In this document: positions 55,874 to 64,000 of the stretch, in pieces | Layout: every line of letters starts with the position of its first letter | How positions within the stretch are numbered: the stretch's first letter is position 1 | Source: a virus | Lineage: Duplodnaviria > Heunggongvirae > Uroviricota > Caudoviricetes | Strand: one strand, 5' to 3' | IMG/VR virus record: IMGVR_UViG_3300016667_000484 | Location: 131,339 to 195,338 of that record | Length of the DNA stretch: 64,000 nucleotides | The notes under the pieces: model-generated | What the model saw: the letters and a program-made list of their open reading frames with translations, nothing else | The model's database searches: none | What the model was told of the DNA's origin: nothing | Translations under genes and position numbers: made by a program

Positions 55874-56779
55874 TCACAGAAGTGATGTCAATAGTTCTTC
55901 CCACTGCCACTTACGGTTTTCCCACGAGTAAGTCTCATTCAGGAACTCGATTCTATCTTCACTCATCATGTCACCTGCTGAGAGGTCTTCGATCGCATCT
56001 CTTAGATTAGCTTCGAACCGAGCCATATGCTCGTTGTAGTCTTCAGTGTAACCATACATATAGGTGCAGCCCATCGCTGTCTCAGGTAAGGCCGCGAGAG
56101 AAGAGTGTACACACACCAATCCGGCACACATAGCTTCGATCATGACTAAGCACGAAGTCTCTTGCCAGATCGATGGATATGCCAGGATGTGCGATCGCTT
56201 CAATTCTTCACGAATGCGTTCGTTTGAGACAGACTTTGAGTAGTTGATGCCAGGATGTTGTTTCATCTTCTCGAACAGTGGCTTATATGGCTCATCGCGA
56301 ACATCCCAACCATAAAGATCAAAGGACGAGAAGACATTAAGTTCGATACTATCACCAAGGTCTTTGTAGATCTTGTCGTACACTGGATAAAGCAACTCAA
56401 GGCCACGATGAGGAGTCGAGAAGTACATCAGACGAATCTTATCAGTAGGCTTCTTATGCTTCTCGATGGGTTCAATCGCGTTCTGTAGAACAATACCAGC
56501 GTCGAACGGAACACCTAGGTAAGCGTTGTACATCTGTTGCTGCCAATGGCTGACAAACACTAGCTTATCGAATCGCTTCCAGCCACCGTTCTTGAGGTGT
56601 TCTACCTCTGGATCTCCTGGAAGATCATGCAGGACGTAGATCTTCTTGTTCGGATCGAGTTCACGAACACGAGAGTGAATGATTTGAAAATGCGAAAGCA
56701 ACTCAGGCGGAAGGGAGTTAATCCGATCCGCCATGAGCTCAGTTCCGCCACGAGGGGCCTTAGACAAATTCTTCTCCAT
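55874..56779 (-). CDS. Glycosyltransferase (GT-B, family 4-like)
   Basis: GGTE, VFVSHWQ, YFSTPHRGL, YPSIWQETSCLVMIEAMCAG...AALPET. Confidence 0.88.
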   Translation of the reverse strand: MEKNLSKAPRGGTELMADRINSLPPELLSHFQIIHSRVRELDPNKKIYVLHDLPGDPEVEHLKNGGWKRFDKLVFVSHWQQQMYNAYLGVPFDAGIVLQNAIEPIEKHKKPTDKIRLMYFSTPHRGLELLYPVYDKIYKDLGDSIELNVFSSFDLYGWDVRDEPYKPLFEKMKQHPGINYSKSVSNERIREELKRSHILAYPSIWQETSCLVMIEAMCAGLVCVHSSLAALPETAMGCTYMYGYTEDYNEHMARFEANLRDAIEDLSAGDMMSEDRIEFLNETYSWENRKWQWEELLTSLL

Positions 56780-57017
56780 TGACTTTCTTCAGGCTGTCCC
56801 ACCGAAAAGAACGCCAGCCTTGATTGATCACATCAAACACGGCCAAAACGTCTGGATTGCCCTTACGGGTGTTGATCAGCTCTTCGATGTCAACTTGCTT
56901 TGGCAGAGACTCTTCACGAAGAGTGCACGTCATAAGGCGAATCGTACCATCTTTCTTGACGAACTCGATGTCAACGATCTCGCTTTTCAAGAGCGCGAGA
57001 ACATCAGATCTTTCCAT
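56760..57017 (-). CDS. SH3/WYL-like (DUF2693-type) protein
   Basis: IEFVKKDGTIRLMTCTL...VFDVINQGWRSFRWD. Confidence 0.75.
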   Translation of the reverse strand: MERSDVLALLKSEIVDIEFVKKDGTIRLMTCTLREESLPKQVDIEELINTRKGNPDVLAVFDVINQGWRSFRWDSLKKVNGEEFV

Positions 57018-57258
57018 CACCATAACCTCCACTGGTGTTTTCAATCTCAGCGACAAAATCGGAGTATCCACCGATGTATCGGTTGTCCCACCAGATCTGT
57101 GGAATGGTTTTCACATCAGGCTTCAACGCTTTCATCTCGATGTAGAACTGTTCGTTCTGATCGATAGGGCGATATTCAAAATTCAGTTCTCTGGCCTCAG
57201 CCAGAGCAACTGCAGCCTTGCACCACTTACAAGTGGCGGTACCATAGATCGTGATCAT
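57004..57258 (-). CDS. Glutaredoxin (NrdC-like)
   Basis: CKWC active site, KTIPQI, YIGGYSD. Confidence 0.9.
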   Translation of the reverse strand: MITIYGTATCKWCKAAVALAEARELNFEYRPIDQNEQFYIEMKALKPDVKTIPQIWWDNRYIGGYSDFVAEIENTSGGYGDGKI

Positions 57259-57542
57259 TCACCATCAGCCTTCTTTGCGGATTTGTTCCAGTCTTTCAGA
57301 CGAGCGACGTATTCACGGCCAGAGACTTTCACCTTGATGAACTTCTTGTTCGTCTGCTCCTTGTTCGGATTCGCGATCGTCATGACGACATCCTTACCCT
57401 TCTTCAGAGCAGCGAGCTGATTCATCACACGCTCACCGGATTGAAGGTACTCGGTGCGCATCGCATTCGTCACCTTACGATTCACGTTCGAGTGAATCCC
57501 TTGCGAGATAAAGCCTTTGCTTTTTCCGCCCTTTTTAGCCAT
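57255..57542 (-). CDS. Basic hypothetical protein
   Basis: KGKDVVMTIANPNKEQTNKKFIKV; overlapping start/stop with its neighbours. Confidence 0.65.
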   Translation of the reverse strand: MAKKGGKSKGFISQGIHSNVNRKVTNAMRTEYLQSGERVMNQLAALKKGKDVVMTIANPNKEQTNKKFIKVKVSGREYVARLKDWNKSAKKADGE

Positions 57543-57792
57543 CCAAATTCTCCTTCATTTCATGTTGTACGTCTTTTCGCAAGAACCAGTATAACCAACA
57601 GGTCATGCAATGATCACGCTCCCAGAAAAATAGCCTGTCGATTAGCCAGACAAAGTTTGGCTTACCTTGTCTTTTGAGACCATAGTTTCTGGCGCTTAGT
57701 GTTTGATTGCTAGATCCACCCAGCAACACATTCAGTAAAACTGATACCGCAGTACCCACTCTAGAAAAATATCTTAACACTGTATGTTGCAT
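57535..57792 (-). CDS. Hypothetical protein
   Basis: LLNVLLGG...QTLSAR...IDRLFFWERDHC. Confidence 0.6.
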   Translation of the reverse strand: MQHTVLRYFSRVGTAVSVLLNVLLGGSSNQTLSARNYGLKRQGKPNFVWLIDRLFFWERDHCMTCWLYWFLRKDVQHEMKENLDG

Positions 57793-57825
57793 GTGTCAAC
57801 CCAATAGTGGAATCCTATTGGGTAT

Positions 57826-58308
57826 TTATGCGGCGTAGTCTGCGTCGATCGCATCCCTCAAGAACTTGAGCAGGTCTTCGTAAGTCTCGACCATTGCGAT
57901 CTCATAACGATCGCACACCATCTTCACGTTGCCATAACGATAGAACTCTTTCGGGCAACACACGATCACAGGTTGATCTTTGAACAAGCCAAGTTCGAGA
58001 AGAGTGATAGGCGACTTTGAACCCGCAGCGAAGTAATAGACGATGCCATCTGCGTTTTCTTGATTGACGAGTTCCCAGTCGACCTGCTCATAGAACTGTG
58101 TTCCAGGAGTCGGATCTTGTTTCCAAGAAGCATCCCAGTCATCACGACGAGGGTTGATGAGAATCAAACCATCATCATAATCTGACAAGTCATTCGCCAA
58201 CCGATCTTGCCAATCTTCGGCCGCACCCATGTCGATCGATCCGCCAAGGAAGATCTTCAACGCGTTTTCATTTGGAATGGGTTGTGGCGCTTTAACTACG
58301 ATAGTCAT
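57826..58308 (-). CDS. Nucleoside 2-deoxyribosyltransferase-like protein
   Basis: IFLGGSIDMG.A.DWQ...INPRRDDWD...QVDWEL...SPITLLELGL...YRYGNV. Confidence 0.85.
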   Translation of the reverse strand: MTIVVKAPQPIPNENALKIFLGGSIDMGAAEDWQDRLANDLSDYDDGLILINPRRDDWDASWKQDPTPGTQFYEQVDWELVNQENADGIVYYFAAGSKSPITLLELGLFKDQPVIVCCPKEFYRYGNVKMVCDRYEIAMVETYEDLLKFLRDAIDADYAA

Positions 58309-58468
58309 CTTCGCTTCCAGTCTCGGACAAATAGTTGAAGTAGCTGGCGATACCAAGGAACACCCACGTGACGATGCCGAACCAGTCTCCGACATATGCC
58401 AGTAATACGATAAACGGTATCGCAATCAAGGATGTGATAAGCCAGAACCACTTGACGAACTTATTCAT
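58292..58468 (-). CDS. Small two-TM membrane protein
   Basis: MNKFVKWFWLITSLIAIPFIVLLAY...; GGAG SD. Confidence 0.55.
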   Translation of the reverse strand: MNKFVKWFWLITSLIAIPFIVLLAYVGDWFGIVTWVFLGIASYFNYLSETGSEDDYRS

Positions 58469-58469
58469 A

Positions 58470-58907
58470 TTATACTCCATAGGTATCAAGAAGAATTTGA
58501 CCGACACGCTTCATGTCAACTTTAGCACCGAACTTGTCACGAACCGCTTTCATGATTTCGCCTTTCTTCGGCATAGTTTCTTTCGTCTTGCCAGTCATGA
58601 TAGGACGTATCACATTCATGACATCTTCATCAGAAGCCATCTGAGGCAGAACGCCCGACAGAATTTGCTTCTCAAAGTTGAAGGCGATCTTGCGACCATC
58701 GTCGGTCGTGACTTTCAAGTTCTCATCGATCGTAGCGATCAGCTTCTGAATCACCTTGATCGCTTCATCTTCAGTCGTAGCACGGTTGCCGTTGTTCTTC
58801 CCGACTTTCTCGATCTCACTGAGAGCGAAGAGAATGGAAGGAGCAATAGGGTTTCGCGTCTTACGAAGAGCGATGGACTCAGCTTTTAGTTTCTCAATTA
58901 CAGACAT
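58470..58907 (-). CDS. GatB/YqeY-domain protein
   Basis: IEKLKAE..ALRK...LSEIE...TEDEAIKVIQK...EKQIL...LPQM...GEIMKAVRDKFG. Confidence 0.75.
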   Translation of the reverse strand: MSVIEKLKAESIALRKTRNPIAPSILFALSEIEKVGKNNGNRATTEDEAIKVIQKLIATIDENLKVTTDDGRKIAFNFEKQILSGVLPQMASDEDVMNVIRPIMTGKTKETMPKKGEIMKAVRDKFGAKVDMKRVGQILLDTYGV

Positions 58908-58908
58908 T

Positions 58909-59169
58909 TCATTTCTCTTTCTTAGCGTCTTCACACGCCACAACCCAACGATAGATTTGCAGCTGATTCATTTTGTCCCACGTAGAGAGGTGGACCAATG
59001 CAGTACATTCACCGCTCGGATCACCTACCGTTAGCACCACTTCATCAAGTGCATTCTGCTTGATGGCTTCAATGTTGTACATGAAGTGAAACATTGTTTC
59101 TTTGTAGAACCACCCAGTTCCCATGAAGAGGATGGCGACAACACCTGAGAGGGCCAGTGACTTCAACAT
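58909..59169 (-). CDS. Hypothetical protein with N-terminal membrane segment
   Basis: 86-aa ORF with AAGGA SD. Confidence 0.55.
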   Translation of the reverse strand: MLKSLALSGVVAILFMGTGWFYKETMFHFMYNIEAIKQNALDEVVLTVGDPSGECTALVHLSTWDKMNQLQIYRWVVACEDAKKEK

Positions 59170-59189
59170 TTTGATTTCCTTGTTAAAGT

Positions 59190-60437
59190 TCAGGCGGACT
59201 TAACCGCCTGAACACGAGCTTTGAACATACCGTCCTTGATCTTCGTCGGGTTCGTCTCACCATTCGGGAAGACGTTGGCGAACTTCACCGCAGCAACCCG
59301 AGTAGCTACTTCAGACATCTTCGACAGATGATCAACTGAAGCATTCTCCGAGCCCAGACGACCCCGCTCGTCACACATACCGACTTGCTCCAGCAGACCA
59401 ACCACGTCGGGATCACGGAAAGCATCCATGTCCTCGAACATGTGAACCCAAGTCTTCGGGTTCAGAGTGTCCAGCTTGTGCATATGCATGTGGTACCGAG
59501 TAGTCTTCATCACTCGATCCCGCATCTTTGCAGGAACAGTCAGACGGTTACAGAAGTCACGAGCAACAGGAACCCCAGTCATCTCGTGCCCGTAGTGCTT
59601 GGGCAGCTGATCACGAGGAGTCAGACCCTTACCAAAGTCATGAACCAGCGTAGCCAGGCGAGCTTCCAGACCAAAGCCAAACTTTACGGCTTGAGTCAGA
59701 ACCAGCATGGTGTGCTCGTAAGCATCACCTTCAGGGTGCCAACGCCGAGCTTCCAGTGCAGTCTTCAGGCGGTAGACTTCAGGGAACAGGACGTGCAGAG
59801 CGTCACACTCCAGCAGAGTGTCGAAGAACAGACGAGCATGGGGTTCCATCAGAGCCCGGCTCAGTTCTTTCCAAACTCGCTCAGCAGTCAGCTCGTTCAG
59901 AACACCTTTCTTCGCCATCTGAGAAACCAGAGCAACAGTCTCGGGAGCGACGGTCCAGTCAGAACCGAAACGGGCCCGAAAACGAGCCAGTCGCAGAACC
60001 CGAACCGGGTCTTCGACGAATGCATCAGAAGTATGTCTCAGCACTTTGTTCTTCAGATCTTCTTGTCCATTGAAGGGATCGACGACTTCCATAACACGAG
60101 TCTTACCGTCGTTGAAGAACTCGATCGCCATCGCATTGATTGTCAGATCACGCCGAGACAGATCTTCTTCGATCGTGACTTCAGGACCAAAGTCAACCGC
60201 GAAGCCGTGATAACCCGCACCAACTTTACGTTCGCGACGAGCCAGAGCCCACTCTTCACCTTGATCACTCAGGTAGACCGGAAACTCAGCACCGACTTTG
60301 GCGAAAGACTTGATGTAGAACGGAGGGTTCGCCATCAGCTCAGCTTCGGTTGCACCGGTGACAACCCAGTCGACGTCTTGAGAGTTGACACCCATCAGAC
60401 GATCGCGGACATACCCGCCGACTTTGTAGAAACGCAT
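59190..60437 (-). CDS. cca: Multifunctional CCA-adding enzyme (tRNA nucleotidyltransferase plus HD domain)
   Basis: YKVGGYVRD, DVDWVV, ALARRERK, EDLSRRDLTINAMA, FVEDPVRVLRLARF, ERVWKE, HPEGDAYEH...LVHDFGK. Confidence 0.93.
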   Translation of the reverse strand: MRFYKVGGYVRDRLMGVNSQDVDWVVTGATEAELMANPPFYIKSFAKVGAEFPVYLSDQGEEWALARRERKVGAGYHGFAVDFGPEVTIEEDLSRRDLTINAMAIEFFNDGKTRVMEVVDPFNGQEDLKNKVLRHTSDAFVEDPVRVLRLARFRARFGSDWTVAPETVALVSQMAKKGVLNELTAERVWKELSRALMEPHARLFFDTLLECDALHVLFPEVYRLKTALEARRWHPEGDAYEHTMLVLTQAVKFGFGLEARLATLVHDFGKGLTPRDQLPKHYGHEMTGVPVARDFCNRLTVPAKMRDRVMKTTRYHMHMHKLDTLNPKTWVHMFEDMDAFRDPDVVGLLEQVGMCDERGRLGSENASVDHLSKMSEVATRVAAVKFANVFPNGETNPTKIKDGMFKARVQAVKSA

Positions 60438-60493
60438 GTTGTTCACCTCTTTCATGTATACAGTCTACACTACTTCACAGAAGGTGTCAACCG

Positions 60494-60694
60494 TCAATTG
60501 TAGCATTCGTACATTTGATACTCGATGCAGTCAGCTTCAAACTCGGGTTCGGCGTACACCTCGGGACGAAAAGCTTTGCGTTCGCTGACGTCTTGCATGT
60601 ACTCGAGTTGCATCGCGCGATCTTGATCAACTGGAAGAACGTTCGAAGCACATGCCGAGAGTGCAACGATCGAGAGGATGGCGAAGTATTTCAT
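60494..60694 (-). CDS. Small lipoprotein
   Basis: Lipobox LSAC after a hydrophobic leader; AAGGAG SD. Confidence 0.65.
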   Translation of the reverse strand: MKYFAILSIVALSACASNVLPVDQDRAMQLEYMQDVSERKAFRPEVYAEPEFEADCIEYQMYECYN

Positions 60695-60743
60695 GTTGAG
60701 CTCCTTGCTTACATGATCAGACTATCACCATCCTCTTACGATG

Positions 60744-60977
60744 TCAACCGTTTTGTGCGGTAGCAGCACAATGATTCAAGATAGAAGGAATCATCTCGTT
60801 GGTGATCTCGCCTTCTACTTTGTAGTTATCGCTGCTGCCATCATATTCATACGCAGCGATGTAGTACTGATCCCAATACTTTTCAACTTTGAAGTGAGAG
60901 TATGCGCTGAAGTTCACAGGAACTTCATTCCCGCCGACCAGAAAGATCTGGCCGACGATCATGACACAATGCAGCAT
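60744..60977 (-). CDS. Hypothetical protein
   Basis: 77 aa, coupled to the upstream stop (TAATG). Confidence 0.5.
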   Translation of the reverse strand: MLHCVMIVGQIFLVGGNEVPVNFSAYSHFKVEKYWDQYYIAAYEYDGSSDNYKVEGEITNEMIPSILNHCAATAQNG

Positions 60978-61570
60978 TAGCCGCCGAAGCCTCCAGCCTT
61001 AGCACCACCAAAGCCACCCTTCGAAGCAATCGAAACCGAAGTCATAGGAGCAGCTTTCACAGTCGAAGCCGGCTTTGCGTAGAAGGTCGACGTCGACATG
61101 TAGCCCTTCGTGCCGAGCGAAGAGGCATAGTATCCAGTCGAGGTGCCATAGCCACCACCGGCAACGGAATACATCGGGACATAGGTGTACGACCTACGCT
61201 TAGAGTCGTTGTCGGACATCATCGAGCCCATCATGTAACCCATCATGAGAGGGACGAAGACTGACCCACCGTCACTGCCTTGCACAACCGTGCAACCATT
61301 TTCGCCATGTTCTGACTCACAAACTTTTTCATCAACGTACTTCGGAGCAGTTTCGGCATAGGACTTCTCAGCCGCGGCAAAGCCTTCACGGCATTCTTTT
61401 TCACCAAAGCCTGCATCAACGTTCCGAGAAGCAGAGATACACTGTTCGAGGTTTGCAAAGTTGAATGCAGTAGCCTCTTCTTGCTGACAAGCAGCCAGTG
61501 CAAATGCAGAGACAGTCAGCAGACCGATGGTGAGAGCTTTCATATTGGTAGAACGTTTCATGTCTTTCAT
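60977..61570 (-). CDS. DUF1190/YgiB-like lipoprotein
   Basis: LAAC lipobox; C...C...APKY...CESEHG..C; FVPLMMGYMMG; Gly-rich GGFGG tail; adjacent to the Gsp synthase. Confidence 0.85.
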   Translation of the reverse strand: MKDMKRSTNMKALTIGLLTVSAFALAACQQEEATAFNFANLEQCISASRNVDAGFGEKECREGFAAAEKSYAETAPKYVDEKVCESEHGENGCTVVQGSDGGSVFVPLMMGYMMGSMMSDNDSKRRSYTYVPMYSVAGGGYGTSTGYYASSLGTKGYMSTSTFYAKPASTVKAAPMTSVSIASKGGFGGAKAGGFGG

Positions 61571-61572
61571 CC

Positions 61573-62736
61573 TTAGTTCATGATAAAGTGGGGTTTGAAG
61601 CGCGAGAGGTCTTGAGTGATCCGGCTTTGATCTTCACGGATACCCATGCCTACACACGTGCGCCCAACAATCCACGAACCAATGATAGGACGATAGCCAT
61701 CAAAGACGGGGAGCGCACAGTATTCTTGAACGATCATCGAGTTGTGATCATACTCACGGTTGGTCGATGACTCGGTCGTTTTGCCATTCTCGACGATCGT
61801 GATCGAAGCACCTTCACGAGAGAAGATCGGCTTGGTCACATAGTTCGTCAGGTTGTGGCTTTCGTCTGCCCAGTAAGCAGGCAGGAGGTTCTTGTGTCCC
61901 GGGAACATCTTCCAGAGAACAGGCAGGATACCCTTATTCGACACTACGGCTTTCCAAGCCGGTTCGATCATTCGACAGCGAGACGAGGCCAGATTGACCG
62001 CGTACTCATCACGAAGCATGTCTTCCCACGGATAGAGCTTGAAGAGCGATCCAATCACACGGTTCTGATCGTCGGCGAATTGACCGGCGTCAGACAGACC
62101 AATGTCTTCAACTTTGACATAGTGAGGGATGAGACCAGCATCAGAAGCGGCCCAGCCCATCGTCTCGACGGTGCCGTAATCTTCGAGGTTGTCGATACCA
62201 CCGACAGAAGCGAAGTGTACGTTTTCGTTGGGAAGGAACATCTCTTGAAAGCGCTCGACGAGCGCGTCATAGATGCGGTTGAACTGATCAGAGTTCTCAG
62301 GCAGATGCCCAAGTTTGATCTTTTCTTCGAGCCACGTCCACTGGAAGTTGCCGGCCTCGAACAGAGACGTCGGAGTGTCAGCGTTGTACTCGAGCATCTT
62401 CGCCGGACCTTTGCCATCATAAGCAAGGTCGAAACGACCGTAGAGTTCTTGTTCGTCGCGCTTCCACGAGTTCCGAACGAAGTCCATCATGTTCGAGGGA
62501 ATACCCATCTTCGTCATGAGGCGTTCGTTGTCGACGATCTCATCGACAGCTTGCCGGCACATCTCATGAAGCTCGGTGCTCGGGTCTTCAATGTCGTTCT
62601 CGACTTGCTCGAGCGTGAACTGATACATGGACTTCTCGTCCCAGTAGGGTTCACCATACATCGTATGGAAGTTGAAGCCGATCTCTTCAGCAGCATCCAT
62701 CCAGTTCGGACGTTCTTGAGTAGGAACTCGTTTCAT
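61573..62736 (-). CDS. Glutathionylspermidine synthase-like ATP-grasp ligase (YgiC-like)
   Basis: YWDE, LYGRFDLAYDG..PAKMLEYNADTPTSLFE, FKLYPWE, EPAWK..SNKGIL, KPIFSREGAS, GIRED...SRFKPH. Confidence 0.93.
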   Translation of the reverse strand: MKRVPTQERPNWMDAAEEIGFNFHTMYGEPYWDEKSMYQFTLEQVENDIEDPSTELHEMCRQAVDEIVDNERLMTKMGIPSNMMDFVRNSWKRDEQELYGRFDLAYDGKGPAKMLEYNADTPTSLFEAGNFQWTWLEEKIKLGHLPENSDQFNRIYDALVERFQEMFLPNENVHFASVGGIDNLEDYGTVETMGWAASDAGLIPHYVKVEDIGLSDAGQFADDQNRVIGSLFKLYPWEDMLRDEYAVNLASSRCRMIEPAWKAVVSNKGILPVLWKMFPGHKNLLPAYWADESHNLTNYVTKPIFSREGASITIVENGKTTESSTNREYDHNSMIVQEYCALPVFDGYRPIIGSWIVGRTCVGMGIREDQSRITQDLSRFKPHFIMN

Positions 62737-62797
62737 CACGATCTCACGTTGTTCATCATATAGAAGTTATACACCACCTTTACGATGGTGTCAACCG

Positions 62798-62947
62798 TTA
62801 TTCGTTAGAAACTGCAATTCCATATGCAACGACAAGGGCCGCGTTGACGAACACAGTGATCCAGAACTCGATACCAGTACCGAATGCAAGGCCTGCTACA
62901 TAACCCGAAAGGGCACCTTGAGCCAAGAGAAGAAGAGTAGTCAGCAT
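62798..62947 (-). CDS. Small membrane protein (49 aa)
   Basis: Hand translation MLTTLLLLAQGALSGYVAGLAFGTGIEFWITVFVNAALVVAYGIAVSNE; AAGGTG SD. Confidence 0.5.
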   Translation of the reverse strand: MLTTLLLLAQGALSGYVAGLAFGTGIEFWITVFVNAALVVAYGIAVSNE

Positions 62948-62956
62948 AGTTTCACC

Positions 62957-63151
62957 TTACCAGTTGAAAAGATCAGAGAAGAAGCCATCAGACTTCTTGG
63001 AGACACGGCCAGACAGGATCGCAAAGTTCCTGTCGTAAATGTTAGCGAGTTGCATAAGCGCATCTTGAGTACGCCTAAGCTGTCGCTCAATTTCATCCAT
63101 GCGCTTCAGCTTTTCTTCAGCGATGGCCAGTCGTTCTTCGATGCTATACAT
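62957..63151 (-). CDS. Coiled-coil hypothetical protein
   Basis: 64-aa ORF within the operon. Confidence 0.55.
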   Translation of the reverse strand: MYSIEERLAIAEEKLKRMDEIERQLRRTQDALMQLANIYDRNFAILSGRVSKKSDGFFSDLFNW

Positions 63152-63154
63152 GTT

Positions 63155-63556
63155 TCACCGATGCAGAGACAGTTTACGCAGATCCTCAAGCAGTTGAGGA
63201 GGAGTCAGATCGCAGGCGAACACCCAAGCGCAGGTGACTTCCGAAGTAAGAAACACCTTACCGTAGAAGTTGCGCCACGGATACGTCGGATCGACCGTCA
63301 CCCCGACAGGAAGATCAGTGCCCAGCGCGATCGACGTGATGTCACCGATTTGCTCGAGCGTCGACTCGAGGACGAGAGTGCGACCGAACGAACGGTCTTC
63401 TTTCCATTGGGCGATGTACGGCATATACTCGCTTCCCGGATGGTCGTCGACCCATTGATCGAAGTCAGCTTGAGCATGCATGGCTTGAGCCATACCTTTG
63501 CCCGGATTCAGGTCTTGCAGGTCTTCCCGCATCAGACAGTAGAGAGTTGGAGTCAT
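63155..63556 (-). CDS. Peptidyl-tRNA hydrolase 2 (Pth2)-like protein
   Basis: LYCLMREDL...PGKGMAQAMHA resembles the Pth2 R.DL...GK..AQ..HA motif; later D...TC and LRKLSLH. Confidence 0.7.
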   Translation of the reverse strand: MTPTLYCLMREDLQDLNPGKGMAQAMHAQADFDQWVDDHPGSEYMPYIAQWKEDRSFGRTLVLESTLEQIGDITSIALGTDLPVGVTVDPTYPWRNFYGKVFLTSEVTCAWVFACDLTPPQLLEDLRKLSLHR

Positions 63557-63565
63557 TGTATATCC

Positions 63566-63757
63566 TTACTTACGCTTTGCGATCAGAGTCACATAGCCAT
63601 TCCGAGTGAAGTCGACGCCATGATTGAAGTCAGTCGACGGGTATTCTTTCATGAACTTAAACACTCTGTCAGTGAAAAGCTCAGGGTTTTCGCGGGCCCA
63701 GACTTCATTCATCTCACAGTGGACTTCAGACGGACGATAATCTTTCGGCGTGCTCAT
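63566..63757 (-). CDS. Hypothetical early protein
   Basis: 63 aa with GGAG SD, directly after an early promoter. Confidence 0.6.
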   Translation of the reverse strand: MSTPKDYRPSEVHCEMNEVWARENPELFTDRVFKFMKEYPSTDFNHGVDFTRNGYVTLIAKRK

Positions 63758-63770
63758 ATGTTAAACTCCG

Positions 63771-63813
63771 TTGCTTACTAATTAGATATAAGCAATGGTG
63801 CAGCAAATGTCAA
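63771..63813 (-). promoter_or_regulatory. Early promoter, conserved class
   Basis: TTGACA...TTGCTTATATCTAATTAGTAAGCAA. Confidence 0.75.
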
Positions 63814-63828
63814 CCAGAAAATGCACTT

Positions 63829-64000
63829 TCAGAAAATTTTTGTGATGTCGTCTCGGATCGACATAAGAATCTTCCCGAGCTCGTTTCTGCCTTTTCCAAG
63901 AGGACACTCGCCCCAGAATGTATCACCCCAGGTGTTCCCTTCGATCAGATCATGACCTTTAGTAGCCATGAGCCTTTCCATCAGATCTGGGTTCTGTTCG
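63829..64000 (-). CDS. NADAR (YbiA-like) family protein, C-terminal part
   Basis: Hand translation EQNPDLMERLMATKGHDLIEGNTWGDTFWGECPLGKGRNELGKILMSIRDDITKIF*; start lies outside the window. Confidence 0.85.
   Translation of the reverse strand, partial: EQNPDLMERLMATKGHDLIEGNTWGDTFWGECPLGKGRNELGKILMSIRDDITKIF

Noticed and set aside
1-64000. Stop-codon reassignment suggested by the translation-related genes
   Set aside because: Core genes are full length in the standard code and end in TAA, TGA or TAG.

Overview
This is a 64-kb segment of a lytic T4-like myovirus genome, almost certainly infecting an alphaproteobacterium. Host clues are the permuted two-piece tmRNA, TTGACA-N17-(GCT)TATATC promoters, and Rhodobacteraceae/Rhizobiales-like PstS and YgiB/YgiC genes. 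Positions 1-34217 are the tail and baseplate module: fibres including a 2116-aa fibre with an S74 chaperone, a VrlC-like protein, gp8, gp7, gp6, gp25, an M15 peptidase, gp5 with a lytic transglycosylase domain, a hub protein, gp53, gp48, gp4, gp2, gp54, gp26/gp51 and a tape-measure-like gene. Positions 34218-64000 are minus-strand replication, transcription and accessory genes: gp32, gp59, gp33, PstS, a porin-like protein, vWA, tmRNA, SleB, a MoxR/VWA pair, a DenV-like glycosylase, an exonuclease, an Acb1-like phosphoesterase, PAAR, PhoH, RNase H, a glycosyltransferase, glutaredoxin, YqeY, a CCA-adding enzyme, YgiB/YgiC, Pth2 and NADAR. Two free-standing homing endonucleases are present. The main leads are (1) a candidate programmed -1 frameshift fusing gp26 to gp51 just before the tape-measure gene, like lambda G/GT; (2) a two-piece tmRNA within a ribosome-rescue and tRNA-repair gene set; (3) start-codon-sequestering hairpins overlapped by late promoters; (4) a Pho-box-controlled pstS beside a porin-like gene; and (5) Acb1-like and NADAR anti-defence candidates. 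All family calls come from motif recognition by eye; no database search was run.
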